In this document: in pieces, positions 10,004-20,388 of the stretch
Position numbering within the stretch: the stretch's first letter is position 1
Layout of the letters: each line of letters opens with the position of its first letter
NCBI GenBank assembly: GCA_038867615.1
Contig: JAWBYA010000003.1
Location: 205,034-269,033 of the forward strand
Direction of reading: 5' to 3'
DNA length: 64,000 nucleotides
From: Sulfolobales archaeon
GTDB taxonomy: Archaea; Thermoproteota; Thermoprotei_A; Sulfolobales; AG1
The notes under the pieces: generated by a model
Told to the model about the DNA's origin: nothing
Seen by the model: only the letters and a program-made list of their open reading frames with translations
Database searches by the model: none
Position numbers and translations under genes: made by a program

Positions 10004-12421
10004 TTATTCGAAGCCCTTGTTCTTTGTGCTTTTTCCTCTGCTTCTGATGCTGCTGAGGGATTCTAGCAATATTTTTCTCTCTATACCTGCCACGATACGT
10101 CTTGTGCTGATCACGGCGTCCGGGTTTACTGAGATGCTATCTATACCTTCTCTCACTAGGAATTCCACTATCTCTGGGTAATAACTTGGTGCCTGTCCAC
10201 AGATTGAGACTGTTCTTCCATTCCTCTTGGCACCTCTTATGATCATGCTCATTGCCTTTAACACTGCTTCGTCCCTTTCATCGAAATAGCCCATTGAGCT
10301 TAGAAGGTCTGAATCCCTATCTATCCCGAGGATCATTTGTGTTAGATCGTTGCTACCGATGCTGAAGCCGTCGAAGTATTTCGAGAACTCGTCTATCATG
10401 AGGGCTATTGATGGGACCTCAGCCATTGCCCATATCTTGAAATCCCTCGAGCTCTTAAGCCCTTCCTCAGCCATCAGCTCTATCACCCTCTCAGCCTCCC
10501 ATACCGTTCTAACCATGGGGATCATAACCCATACGTTCTTCAGCCCCATCTCATCCCTAACCCTCTTGACAGCCTTTAGCTCGAGCTTGAATGCATCTCT
10601 ATATAGAGGGTGTATATATCTTGAAGCCCCTCTCCAGCCTATCATCGGGTTTCTCTCATCAGGTTCGAACTCCTCTCCTCCTATTAGTTTCTTATACTCG
10701 TTGCTCTTGAAATCGCTGAACCTGACGACAACCGGTCTGGGAGCGATCCTCGATGCAACCATAGCTATACCGCTTGCAAGTCTGTCTATGAAGAACTCCT
10801 GCCTCTCAGTCTTTATGAGGTAGAGTGGGTGGTAGCCAACCCAGCTTGATATTACGAACTCTATCCTCATAAGGCCTATCCCGTCGAATGGGAGTCTGAG
10901 GTACCTCTCTATAGCCTCTGGCTCGCCCAGGTTCATATAGATCTTTGTTGCTGTGGGTATATAGAGCTCCTCCCACTCCCTCTCCCCAGCCTTGGTTGTG
11001 GTCTGTGCTAGGCTAACCTCTACTTGGCCGTTCTCTATAATATCTCTATAGGTCTCGGGGTTCTCCATAACCTCTATCACGCCCCTACTACCATCCACCT
11101 TAAGGATCTCTCCATCTTTTATCGTGTCAAGAATCCCTGGTACACCAACTACAGCAGGGATCCCTAGCTCCCTAGCTGTTATCGCTGCATGGCTTGTAAC
11201 ACCGCCCCTCTCAGTAACTATGGCAGAGGCTATCCTCATTATTGGGACCCAGTCTGGGTCTGTCATGAGGGTGACGAGGATCTCGCCCCTGTTAAACCCC
11301 TTAGCTTTAGCCTCGCCTATATCTCTCAGGATTTTAGCCCTACCAATAGCTATTCCGGGTGAGGCGGCGAGTCCTTTAAAGACCCTTTTTTCTTTAGCAA
11401 TGCTTCCTCTGGGCTTCTGGCTTGGCATGTTTAGGTTTGTGACTGGTCTCACTTGGAGGATATATAGCCTTCCGCTACTATCTATAGCCCACTCTATATC
11501 TACTGGGCTTCCGATAAGTTCTTCTAGTCTGACTGCTACTTTAGCTATCTCTATGGCTTCTTGATCCGATATGCTCTGCTCACCAGCCCTCTTCTCATCG
11601 ACAGGTTTCTCGCTATTAATACCCTTTACAGGGTCGTAGACATACTCTCTATCCTTTTTAGAGATAAACTTCTCCACAATCTTAAGGCTCTTCTTATCAA
11701 TCACAAGCTTATCAGGTGTTATGACTCCTCTCACGATATATTCTCCCAACCCCCATATGCTCTCGATCACAACTATATCTGGATCTCCGTCGAGTGGGTT
11801 GACTGTGAATGTGACGCCAGAGGATCTGGAGTCAACCATGAGTTGAACAATAACAGCCATTAAGAGGCTCTCCACATTCACAAGCCCTTTAGCCTTTCTA
11901 TAGACAAGAGCTCTTGCATTGAATAAAGAGGCCCAGCACTTCTTTATAGACTGTATAACATTCTCAGCCCCTATAACGTTTAAGAAAGTATCGTGCTGTC
12001 CCGCAAAAGCAGCGCTGCTCAGATCCTCAGCCACTGCTGAGCTCCTTACAGCGACTCTGCATCTCTCGCTCCCAGTTACCCTTAGACATAGATCTCTATA
12101 CGCATTAGACACATCCTCAGCTATTTCTCTAGGCATTTCAGCAGACTCTATCTTCTCTATAATACTTCTGCTTATTTTATCCACTCTATCTGGTGAGGCT
12201 TTTTCCTCAAGAGTCTCTATAGCCTCTTCTATAATTCTTCCAAGCCCGCTCTGCCTGAGGAACTTGCTGAAAGCACTTGTAGGGACTATAAAACCAGGGG
12301 TTGTCGGGATCTTGTTTTTAACAAGCCTTATTATACCGAGGGCTTTACCACCAACCACATTTATATCCTCGGGAGCCTCTTCCAGGCTGATCACGTGTTT
12401 CTGGGTAGCTGTTTCTTCCAT
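10004..12421 (-). CDS. ppsA: Phosphoenolpyruvate synthase
   Basis: VGGKA, AVRSSA, DIEWA, GGVTSHAAI (phospho-His), ERNPMIGWRG, SIGSNDLTQ and CGQAPS motifs. Confidence 0.96.
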   Translation of the reverse strand: MEETATQKHVISLEEAPEDINVVGGKALGIIRLVKNKIPTTPGFIVPTSAFSKFLRQSGLGRIIEEAIETLEEKASPDRVDKISRSIIEKIESAEMPREIAEDVSNAYRDLCLRVTGSERCRVAVRSSAVAEDLSSAAFAGQHDTFLNVIGAENVIQSIKKCWASLFNARALVYRKAKGLVNVESLLMAVIVQLMVDSRSSGVTFTVNPLDGDPDIVVIESIWGLGEYIVRGVITPDKLVIDKKSLKIVEKFISKKDREYVYDPVKGINSEKPVDEKRAGEQSISDQEAIEIAKVAVRLEELIGSPVDIEWAIDSSGRLYILQVRPVTNLNMPSQKPRGSIAKEKRVFKGLAASPGIAIGRAKILRDIGEAKAKGFNRGEILVTLMTDPDWVPIMRIASAIVTERGGVTSHAAITARELGIPAVVGVPGILDTIKDGEILKVDGSRGVIEVMENPETYRDIIENGQVEVSLAQTTTKAGEREWEELYIPTATKIYMNLGEPEAIERYLRLPFDGIGLMRIEFVISSWVGYHPLYLIKTERQEFFIDRLASGIAMVASRIAPRPVVVRFSDFKSNEYKKLIGGEEFEPDERNPMIGWRGASRYIHPLYRDAFKLELKAVKRVRDEMGLKNVWVMIPMVRTVWEAERVIELMAEEGLKSSRDFKIWAMAEVPSIALMIDEFSKYFDGFSIGSNDLTQMILGIDRDSDLLSSMGYFDERDEAVLKAMSMIIRGAKRNGRTVSICGQAPSYYPEIVEFLVREGIDSISVNPDAVISTRRIVAGIERKILLESLSSIRSRGKSTKNKGFE

Positions 12422-12547
12422 TCATTATACCCATAATACTAGTTCATATAGGGTATAAAAATTATTATGATAACACCTAACCAGCTAGGCCTTCTATGGC
12501 GACGAGCACGTGGTTTATAACCCCCAATGTATAGAAAACATATTGGA

Positions 12548-12650
12548 GCCGCCGTAGCTCAGCTGGTAGAGCGCCGGCCTTGTACGGTGTTATAGAACCG
12601 AGGTCGCCCAGGATAGCCGGCGGTCGCGGGTTCGAATCCCGCCGGCGGCT
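12548..12650 (+). tRNA. tRNA-Thr(TGT) with 30-nt intron at 37/38 (12585-12614)
   Basis: Acceptor stem GCCGCCG/CGGCGGC-T, anticodon arm CCGGC-CTTGTA[intron]A-GCCGG, bulge-helix-bulge formed by CTTG/CAGG. Confidence 0.93.
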
Positions 12651-12707
12651 CTAATCCGCATATCATGGTTATAACCCCTTACTCGTAATATAGATTGCGT
12701 GGGTAGT

Positions 12708-13811
12708 ATGCATGTAATCATACTTGCTGGGGGTTTTGCGACAAGGCTTAGACCATTAACGCTGACGAGACCCAAAGCCCTTCTCCCTGTGCTTGATAGG
12801 CCTCTGGTGGACTGGATCCTTGAGGAGTCTGTGAGGAGTGGTGCTAAGAGGGTGACTCTTGCTCTTTACCATATGCATGATAGGATCTTGGGGCATGTTC
12901 TCTCTAGATGGGGGGATGATGTATTGATAGACCACTATGTTGAGCACGTACCTCTAGGTGATGCAGGGCCTTTGAGGGAGATAGGCGAGAGGCTTGGTAT
13001 AGATTATCCTGTGGTGGTGATCTATGGCGATATCTTCAGCTCTATAAGCATTAGGAATATATATAGCTATCACAAAGCTAAGGGCGGTATAGCGACAATC
13101 GCTATTACAAAAACCAGTGATGTGAGGAGGTTCGGGGCCGTCGATATAGATAGTGATAACAGGGTTAGGGGTTTTATTGAGAAGCCGCCGATAGAGACTC
13201 CGGGCTATATAAATGCAGGTGTCTATGTCTTTAGCGAGGAGGCTATAAAGCATATAGAGGTTGGGAAGAAGCAAGGCATAGGTAGGGATCTTATGCCAAG
13301 GCTCCTCAAGAAGGGGGATGTATATGCATATATACATAGTGGTGTGTGGAACGACATAGGCATGCCTGAGGATTATATAAAGGCTAACCTAGACGCGCTC
13401 AGCATGGTGAGCGGGGATAGTATGTATATAAGTCCTAAGGCTTTTATCAAAGGTAATGTGGAGACAAACCCACCTCTCTATATAGGGGATGGTGTGAGCA
13501 TAGATGATGGAGCATCAATAGGTTATGGCTCAATAATAATGAAGGGTGCAAAGATAGGCAAGGGCTCTCTTATAATAGGAAGCCTGGTTATGGAGAGAGC
13601 TATTATAGAGCAGAGTGCTATTATAATAAACTCTATAGTTGGCGAGGGGAGCTATATAGGTAGATGGACCAGGGTTTCTAAGAAATGCATAGTAGGCGAC
13701 GGAGTATATCTGGGCGACACGGCATGCCTTGGTGAGGGGACAATCGTTCTCCCCTACAAGGATCTCGGTACAGTGGATCTATGTAACGAGACAGGAAAAG
13801 TAATCCTCTAG
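12708..13811 (+). CDS. NDP-sugar pyrophosphorylase (mannose-1-phosphate guanylyltransferase-like) with left-handed beta-helix C-terminus
   Basis: LAGGFATRLRPLT.RPK, FIEKP, INAGVYVF and WNDIG motifs, followed by hexapeptide repeats. Confidence 0.9.
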   Translation: MHVIILAGGFATRLRPLTLTRPKALLPVLDRPLVDWILEESVRSGAKRVTLALYHMHDRILGHVLSRWGDDVLIDHYVEHVPLGDAGPLREIGERLGIDYPVVVIYGDIFSSISIRNIYSYHKAKGGIATIAITKTSDVRRFGAVDIDSDNRVRGFIEKPPIETPGYINAGVYVFSEEAIKHIEVGKKQGIGRDLMPRLLKKGDVYAYIHSGVWNDIGMPEDYIKANLDALSMVSGDSMYISPKAFIKGNVETNPPLYIGDGVSIDDGASIGYGSIIMKGAKIGKGSLIIGSLVMERAIIEQSAIIINSIVGEGSYIGRWTRVSKKCIVGDGVYLGDTACLGEGTIVLPYKDLGTVDLCNETGKVIL

Positions 13812-13904
13812 CAAGTCTAATAGTTTCGACCACCTCTCTCCACGTAAGCACTATACGGTAAAGCAGATATCACACCACAGCATAGAGAGTATTAGGTGTG
13901 AATA

Positions 13905-14096
13905 ATGGCTCTGAAGGTAATCAGTGTAAAACTAGATGAGGAGACGATAGAGCTTCTAGATAGATATGCCGAGAAGCATGGAATGAATAGATCCGAGGTT
14001 ATCAGAGAAGCCATAAGAAGGATCATAAACAGTGCTAGGGAGGATAACAAGGCTAGGAGCATGATTACTTATAAAACCGTCAGGATATACACATAA
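13905..14096 (+). CDS. Ribbon-helix-helix (CopG family) DNA-binding protein
   Basis: ISVKLDEETIELLDRYA..NRSEVIREAI pattern with a ribosome-binding site upstream. Confidence 0.85.
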   Translation: MALKVISVKLDEETIELLDRYAEKHGMNRSEVIREAIRRIINSAREDNKARSMITYKTVRIYT

Positions 14097-14099
14097 TGA

Positions 14100-14201
14100 G
14101 CCGCCGTAGCTCAGCCGGCAGAGCGCCGGGCTCATACGGCTTTATAGACCGGGGTCGCCTGAGAAACCCGGAGGTCGCGGGTTCGAATCCCGCCGGCGGC
14201 A
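14100..14201 (+). tRNA. Elongator tRNA-Met(CAT) with 29-nt intron at 37/38 (14137-14165)
   Basis: Acceptor stem GCCGCCG/CGGCGGC-A, anticodon arm CCGGG-CTCATA[intron]A-CCCGG, BHB helix CTCA/TGAG. Confidence 0.92.
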
Positions 14202-14202
14202 C

Positions 14203-14730
14203 CTAGGCGTCTCCATTCTCTTGTGCTGCTATATAGAATGAGATTATGTAGAGTATTAATAGTGCAACTCTGGAAGCTATATCGCTCAGCCTACCTCCTC
14301 TAAGAATCAGCATTGATATATAGTTGTTGCTTGATTTAACACCAATGGATCTGTTGAGAAGCTCCATATAGGTTATGGCATCACTTAGAGGTACGCGATC
14401 CTCAGATAGTATTATTGATGTTGAGATCGCTAGATCCTCTAGGTTCGCTGCAATACCCCGTAATATATTCTCTGGGAGGCTGTTTGTAACAATATACCTC
14501 GCCAGGTCGTGGTCGTATCTAAATAGCTTTAGGCTAGAGATCCACATTGAGGCGTATAGCCTCAGCTCTCGATCTATGTGGGAACCATGCTCAGGATCTT
14601 TTTTACCGCTTATAAGATCTATTATTCTTAATGCATAAACAACCGGTTGAGGAGGCTCCCACTCATCAGTCTCAAGACTTGGTAATGTTCTATCCAGGAT
14701 ATGTATAGAGCTATCAACATCTATGGACAT
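14203..14730 (-). CDS. Hypothetical protein
   Basis: 175-aa ORF filling the gap, with ordinary composition and no recognised motif. Confidence 0.6.
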   Translation of the reverse strand: MSIDVDSSIHILDRTLPSLETDEWEPPQPVVYALRIIDLISGKKDPEHGSHIDRELRLYASMWISSLKLFRYDHDLARYIVTNSLPENILRGIAANLEDLAISTSIILSEDRVPLSDAITYMELLNRSIGVKSSNNYISMLILRGGRLSDIASRVALLILYIISFYIAAQENGDA

Positions 14731-14860
14731 CCAGATCCCGGTAGTAGGGCTTCACCAGTGTTACCATTTTAAATAATAACCCCCAACAGGCTATCTGTAT
14801 CATCGGCTCCATATTACCATAACGGCCTCTGGTCTATATGATCCCCGGGCTCTGGGGTCT

Positions 14861-16093
14861 TTAACCAGAATCGAGGGATCTTGCAATACATAGGTATAGA
14901 TCTATGGCTCTCTCTATCTCTCCTATCGAGTTGTACTCATCCGGTATATGGGCTACTCCTTCAACGCCAGGGCCGAGTGTTATTACCTCGGAACCTTTGA
15001 GCCTGTAATAGACACTATCATTCCTACCAATACTTATAAATATCCCAGGTTTTTTACCGGTCTTTTTCTCAGCGCATGTTCTAGCAATATTTATGATTAA
15101 TGATTCCTGGGGAGTTAGTGATGGGGGAACAGCGCTTAGGATCTTTACCCCATATCTAGCCCCAACAGCTTTAGAGGCTTTTTCGAAAGAGGCTTTGAGC
15201 TCCTCCACGACTCTATCAACATCCTCCTCAGGGATCACCCTCCTGTCAAAGCTGAACACAAACTCACCAGGCACTGTGTTATCCTTCCTAGATAGGGATT
15301 CTGCATAGCCCCCCAGATTTATTGTGGGATGGGCGGCCTCGGAAACCTCTACAGGCGCCTTAGTAACCCTTGATCTGAGGATAGGGCTATAGATCTCCAT
15401 GAACTTTAGAGCAAGCTCAGAGGCCTTTAAAAACGCGTTCTCCCCAAGCCAGGGGGCGCTTGCATGAACCTGCTTCCCATATACGCTGACAACCCCTCTC
15501 ACAAGGCCCTTGTGACCTATTATCAGCTTATTAGAGGTGCTTGGCTCTGCTATAACCACATACTCAGGGATTTTTTTAGCGTTTTCAACATAATACCTAG
15601 TCCCAACACCCCCAGACTCTTCATCAGGGACAAAAACAGCCTCTATGGTCAGGTTTTTCCCAACACCGCTATCACGGATCTTCTTAAGCGCTGCTATAGT
15701 AGCGGCTATCCCGCCCTTCATATCTGTAGAACCCCTGCCATAGATCCTATCCCCCTCAATCACAGGTGTGAACGGGTCTCTCGTCCACCCACTACCTGGA
15801 GGCACCACATCATAGTGACCATTGAAATGAAGAACCCTACCCCCGCTACCTCTCCTAGCATAGACAATATATCTAGGATACCCCCTATGCTGAGGCGAGT
15901 ACGGGTAATGCTTATCCACATAATCCTCAGGGATCTCTATCAACTCTACATCGAACCCTATCTCACCGATCCTCTTAGCCAGCGTTTCCGAGCATCTCTT
16001 ATACTCATACCCAGGGGGGTTTACTGTCGGGATGCTTATCAACTCCTTAAGGATCTCTATAGCAAAACCCACATACTCATCCACAGCCATCAC
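14861..16093 (-). CDS. M20 family metallopeptidase/deacylase (ArgE/DapE-like)
   Basis: FNGHYDVVP, GRGSTDMKGG, DEESGG, VIAEP and AHIPDE motifs. Confidence 0.92.
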   Translation of the reverse strand: MMAVDEYVGFAIEILKELISIPTVNPPGYEYKRCSETLAKRIGEIGFDVELIEIPEDYVDKHYPYSPQHRGYPRYIVYARRGSGGRVLHFNGHYDVVPPGSGWTRDPFTPVIEGDRIYGRGSTDMKGGIAATIAALKKIRDSGVGKNLTIEAVFVPDEESGGVGTRYYVENAKKIPEYVVIAEPSTSNKLIIGHKGLVRGVVSVYGKQVHASAPWLGENAFLKASELALKFMEIYSPILRSRVTKAPVEVSEAAHPTINLGGYAESLSRKDNTVPGEFVFSFDRRVIPEEDVDRVVEELKASFEKASKAVGARYGVKILSAVPPSLTPQESLIINIARTCAEKKTGKKPGIFISIGRNDSVYYRLKGSEVITLGPGVEGVAHIPDEYNSIGEIERAIDLYLCIARSLDSG

Positions 16094-16278
16094 ATTATTA
16101 GTGTTAGTTGGGCCTGATAAAAATAACGATGATAATCATTAATTATAGCGGCTCAAACCACCGATAATGTGTTATTCTTTACCTTATACTCATATCCTTG
16201 CCGAGATCCGATGGCCTGGCTATTAGGCTTCTTAGCATACTAACTAGTAGGTAAGAGAGTATAGAGAGATACCCGATA

Positions 16279-16578
16279 TTGATACCACAGTTAGTGAGGA
16301 TATGCGTGAAGGCGGCTCTAGAGCCTGGAGTGGTTTCTAGAGAGATAGAGGATCTAGGGATCAGATTGGATAGTGAGGTGAGGAGAGGTATTGTGAGGGC
16401 TCTAGAGGAGATTGCAAGCACACTGGTGTCTAGGAAAGGTCCCTCGCTTTATTGTAGGCTGTGTCGCAAGGGTCCCTATACTAAGAGGGGTGCGTATCTC
16501 CATCTACTCAGAATCCACTCTGATGATATTGTGAATATTGTTAGGGAGGAGTTTGATAGAGTTATAGGCCAGCTATAG
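16279..16578 (+). CDS. Small C2H2 zinc-finger protein
   Basis: CRLCRKGPYTKRGAYLHLLRIH. Confidence 0.75.
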   Translation: MIPQLVRICVKAALEPGVVSREIEDLGIRLDSEVRRGIVRALEEIASTLVSRKGPSLYCRLCRKGPYTKRGAYLHLLRIHSDDIVNIVREEFDRVIGQL

Positions 16579-19092
16579 TTTTTCCAGCTCTCTGAGGCTA
16601 ACACCTCTCAGATCTATTTCTATGTTACAGCCCATCGATACTAAGATCTTTCTCACCAACACTCTCATAAGATCTAATGCCTCTTTCTCAGATATCCTCA
16701 ACGTTTTCTCCACCTGGCTCCACGGGTGCCCTTGCAACGTCTTCACGATCGTTAGGAGCTCTTCTTTCTTATCAAGCCCTGCAGTGTAGCTGCCGCTCCA
16801 ATAACCCCTCACGAGCTCTGCAATAGCATCGTTGCACACCTCATATGTCATAATCCCTTTCACGTATAGCACAAGCCTCTCAAGATCTATCTTGTCAATT
16901 CTGCACAAAACACTACCAGGCGTTTCCCGGTTTTTTTGCACTCTCATTAAGAGCCTAGCAACCTCGGGCTCGAGATCCTTGTATGTATCGTGCATGCTTT
17001 CCAGTACTCTCTTTCTAAACCTACTGCTCATAATCTCGATCATATTGCTTGTCTCTCTATCAAGAGGCTTCATAACTATACATGTATACTCACCAGAAAC
17101 AGGGTTTCTCTCAGGCGACATATGCACGGGCGTGAATCCGTTCTTTACCCAGAATCTGAGGAGCTCCTCAGTAGCTCCAAAGCCGGACCCTACCCATGAA
17201 TACCCCTTGGAAATAGCCTCTTCTTCTATTCTCTTCAGAAACAGAGATCCTATCCCCTTACCCTGGGCATCTGGATGCACAGCTATTCTGACTATCCTCC
17301 ACCCAATGGTTTTTGCAAAATCGACTAATCTATAGTGCTTAACCACCCTATCCGGTATAATATTCCCAGGCATCTTGCCTGTTGTGAGTATAGATCCCAG
17401 GTGGCTCTCTACAGGACCCTCCTCGGCAAGCTGTGCAGATGCTACTATTTTCCCACTAGGTGTTGCCATAGCCCTAACGCTATGATGAGGCGCATCAGCG
17501 ATCATTCCAAGATCGTCTGGCTCATTTCTATAGTGGGCTAGCACGTATATACCGAAAAGGCTTTTAAGAATAGACTCGCCTTTTTCTGTGAAGAGTTCTT
17601 CCGGGTCTAGCTTGAGGTATGTTAGCTCACCCCTAGCTATAGCTTCATAATCCTTCTCATCAAGCTTCTCTGGCTCAGCGTCTAGCAGGAGTGTTCTGAA
17701 CTGCCAAGCCTCTACGGGGTCGTTGGCAGCATATCTTATAGGCTCGTTCATCTCCACAACTATTGTTGTTGACTTCTCATCAGATCTTATTCTCTTGAGG
17801 AACCTTAGAGTGAAACCCCTCCCAGCACCTTCATAGCCGTGGATTGTTGTTGCAAACACGGATCTGTTGGTGGACTCCCAGATCCTCCACAGCATATCCA
17901 CGGGGAGCCCCGCGGCCTCGTCTACAATAGCTATATCTATATCGAGCTTAGGGATCACCGAGGGTTCCCAATACTCTATCGAGAACCTATCACCCTTGAT
18001 CTCTATCACTCTCCCACCCTTCTTAACAACCCTATACGGGATCTTCATCATATCGAGGGTCTCTGTGGTCATTCTCATTAGCTGTTCCACGTTTAAAACA
18101 GACCTCGCGGTAACGCCGACCCTAACCTTGTTCTTGATCTTCAATAGCTCGTTTATCAAGCCCACAATCCCTATCCCTATAGCACTACTCTTACCCCTAC
18201 CCCTATCTGATACAACCACTATTGATGTTCTTTTCTTAGGCTTTTCAACTAGCTTCTCCAGCTCTGATATAACTCTAACCTGATCCATTGTGAGAGCTTT
18301 TGAATAGATCTCCCTTGGGAAGAGTGTTTGCTGAGGAATCTCTATCTTTTCTCTCTGTGGCGATTTTCTCGGCTGCTCGGCTATCTTTATAATTTTATCT
18401 TCATCAGAGTCATAGATACTCACACCATCGCTTCTCAGCAGGTTATCTATGAACCATCTCACAAAAACATTTCTAGGAACGGGTTTTTGGGGAACCGCTA
18501 GCTCCTCTCTGAAAAGGTTTCTCGCGCTGGGCCATTTATCCAGCGGGGGTGTTATGAATACCACAACCCCTCCTCCCTCTACTATTCCTACGAGCCTTCC
18601 AACATCGTTTGGCTTTAGGCTATCGCTAAGATCCATTATAAGGGCGCTGAAAGTGGTTCCAAGATATTTCTCGGAATCCTCATACCTGGTGATCTCCACC
18701 TCTGCGTCTTTACTTAGTTTTGATAAGAGTTCTCTGAAAACCCTAGCCCTGATCACCTCTTCGGCGAACTCGTCGTGGTGGACATACAGGATCTTGGTTT
18801 TACCCTCTCTCCTGGTTGAGTATATACCTATAAGATCTGCGGTTATGAGTCCTTGCTTCACGGGATCCGAGCCTGTTATAACTACAAGAGTTCTGTGTCT
18901 AGTTACTCCTATTATCTTCAAGATCTTTTTATAATTCTTTCTAAAGCTTACGTAGTTACCCTTAAGAATCTCTTTGAGCATTTTTCTGGTTATCTTTAAC
19001 CCTTTCCCACCGCCCTCCGAATCCCTTGCAGCCATCTGATCTCTGATAAGTATTACAACTAAGGCTCTATATAATTCTTGATCGTTGGTCAC
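16573..19092 (-). CDS. tmcA: tRNA/rRNA cytidine acetyltransferase TmcA/Nat10
   Basis: DRGRGKS, DEAAG, TTIHGYEGAGRGF, PIRYA, AHYRNEPDDL and GNAT motif RIVRIAVHP. True start may be ATG 19035. Confidence 0.93.
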   Translation of the reverse strand: MTNDQELYRALVVILIRDQMAARDSEGGGKGLKITRKMLKEILKGNYVSFRKNYKKILKIIGVTRHRTLVVITGSDPVKQGLITADLIGIYSTRREGKTKILYVHHDEFAEEVIRARVFRELLSKLSKDAEVEITRYEDSEKYLGTTFSALIMDLSDSLKPNDVGRLVGIVEGGGVVVFITPPLDKWPSARNLFREELAVPQKPVPRNVFVRWFIDNLLRSDGVSIYDSDEDKIIKIAEQPRKSPQREKIEIPQQTLFPREIYSKALTMDQVRVISELEKLVEKPKKRTSIVVVSDRGRGKSSAIGIGIVGLINELLKIKNKVRVGVTARSVLNVEQLMRMTTETLDMMKIPYRVVKKGGRVIEIKGDRFSIEYWEPSVIPKLDIDIAIVDEAAGLPVDMLWRIWESTNRSVFATTIHGYEGAGRGFTLRFLKRIRSDEKSTTIVVEMNEPIRYAANDPVEAWQFRTLLLDAEPEKLDEKDYEAIARGELTYLKLDPEELFTEKGESILKSLFGIYVLAHYRNEPDDLGMIADAPHHSVRAMATPSGKIVASAQLAEEGPVESHLGSILTTGKMPGNIIPDRVVKHYRLVDFAKTIGWRIVRIAVHPDAQGKGIGSLFLKRIEEEAISKGYSWVGSGFGATEELLRFWVKNGFTPVHMSPERNPVSGEYTCIVMKPLDRETSNMIEIMSSRFRKRVLESMHDTYKDLEPEVARLLMRVQKNRETPGSVLCRIDKIDLERLVLYVKGIMTYEVCNDAIAELVRGYWSGSYTAGLDKKEELLTIVKTLQGHPWSQVEKTLRISEKEALDLMRVLVRKILVSMGCNIEIDLRGVSLRELEKL

Positions 19093-19097
19093 ATTCG

Positions 19098-20336
19098 CTA
19101 TCTAGCCTGTTTCTTCCTGGTCGAGACGATCTTCACAATATCGCCATCGCTTAGCACATGATCAGCACCAAGTCTTGATTTTGTTTTTGCATCTATAGCG
19201 TGTAGGAACCCCTCGCCCAGCTCAGTATGGATCATATACGCCAGCTCCCTAGCTGTTACACCCCTTCTCGCCAGGATCGCGTCGGGCAGTATATTCCCAC
19301 TACTATCGCACATCCTAACAGGATCCTCTACAGGGTATACCACGATCATATCTAGGGCATCTAAAACAGCGGTGTTAATGATCCTCTGTACCCCTGTACC
19401 TCCAAACCTCTCCATAAAAGACCTTATCTTCTCTAGAGCCTTCTCCTGAGCAGGCGTCATTCTACCTCTATCTATAACCACGTAATCACGATCTCCAGGA
19501 ATATACTTGATCAACCCGGCTGCCGACGCTCTTCTAAGGGCTAGTTCTGCCTCAGCCGATATTGGCACCATTATTCTTCCCTGCAGCCTTTTCTCAAGAC
19601 TCTTTATGATATCAATAGCCTCCGGGATATCGGCTTTGTTAGCAGCTATAATAGTTGGTTTAGAGATCCTCCGCAGACTTGATACGAAGATCTGTAGCTC
19701 CTCATCCCTCCACGAAGAGAACTTACTTCCAGAGAGCTTTGTCTCTTCCAAAGCCCTCACTACATGGTTCTTCTTTATCGAGAGCCCTGAGAGCCTCTGG
19801 GAGAGCCTCTCTATAGCCTCTGAGAGTGGTAATGCGTCCAACGCTTTTGAGAGCCTACTCCAGTCACTCTTTATTATAGAGGTTAGCCATAGGTCGAACT
19901 CCCTCTCTATGAGGATAACATCGTCGTAGGGATCATAGCTTCCAGGCTTAACAGGCCTACCCTCAGGATCTGTTGAGCCAGAGGCATCTATTACATGGAT
20001 AAGAACGTCAGCCTGCCTGAGGCTGTCGAGGAACTTGTTACCAAGCCCTCTCCCCTCGTGGGCTCCTGCGACAAGTCCTGGTACGTCTATTATTTTCACT
20101 GGCACAAACCTGTTCCCCTCTATACATATCGAGTTCCTAGCATCACACCTAGGTAGTCCGAGGGTTTTGTGGGGGCATGTCTGTCTAATATACCCTATAC
20201 CTACATTTGGCTCTAGGGTTACGAAGGGTCTGTTCTCGATCTTTACTGGTATCATTGTTAGGGCTGAGAATAGTGTTGACTTACCCACGTTGGTTTTGCC
20301 TATGATGCCGACGAGCACGCTTGTTTGGGTTACCAT
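19098..20336 (-). CDS. ychF: Obg-family ATPase/GTPase YchF
   Basis: GKTNVGKST, NRPFVT, DVPGL, GLGNKFL and NKAD motifs, TGS-like C-terminus. Confidence 0.92.
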   Translation of the reverse strand: MVTQTSVLVGIIGKTNVGKSTLFSALTMIPVKIENRPFVTLEPNVGIGYIRQTCPHKTLGLPRCDARNSICIEGNRFVPVKIIDVPGLVAGAHEGRGLGNKFLDSLRQADVLIHVIDASGSTDPEGRPVKPGSYDPYDDVILIEREFDLWLTSIIKSDWSRLSKALDALPLSEAIERLSQRLSGLSIKKNHVVRALEETKLSGSKFSSWRDEELQIFVSSLRRISKPTIIAANKADIPEAIDIIKSLEKRLQGRIMVPISAEAELALRRASAAGLIKYIPGDRDYVVIDRGRMTPAQEKALEKIRSFMERFGGTGVQRIINTAVLDALDMIVVYPVEDPVRMCDSSGNILPDAILARRGVTARELAYMIHTELGEGFLHAIDAKTKSRLGADHVLSDGDIVKIVSTRKKQAR

Positions 20337-20388
20337 CTATGCTTGTAACCCCTCTACACTACTACCCTCTGCTCTCTATATATTTTAT

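Noticed and set aside
12590-12775. ORFs overlapping tRNA sequences (also 2168..2503, 24434..24658, 31179..31391, 62066..62437, 62167..62397)
   Set aside because: These are spurious translations through tRNA sequence. The ORFs across the tRNA-Gly fragment show no integrase motifs.
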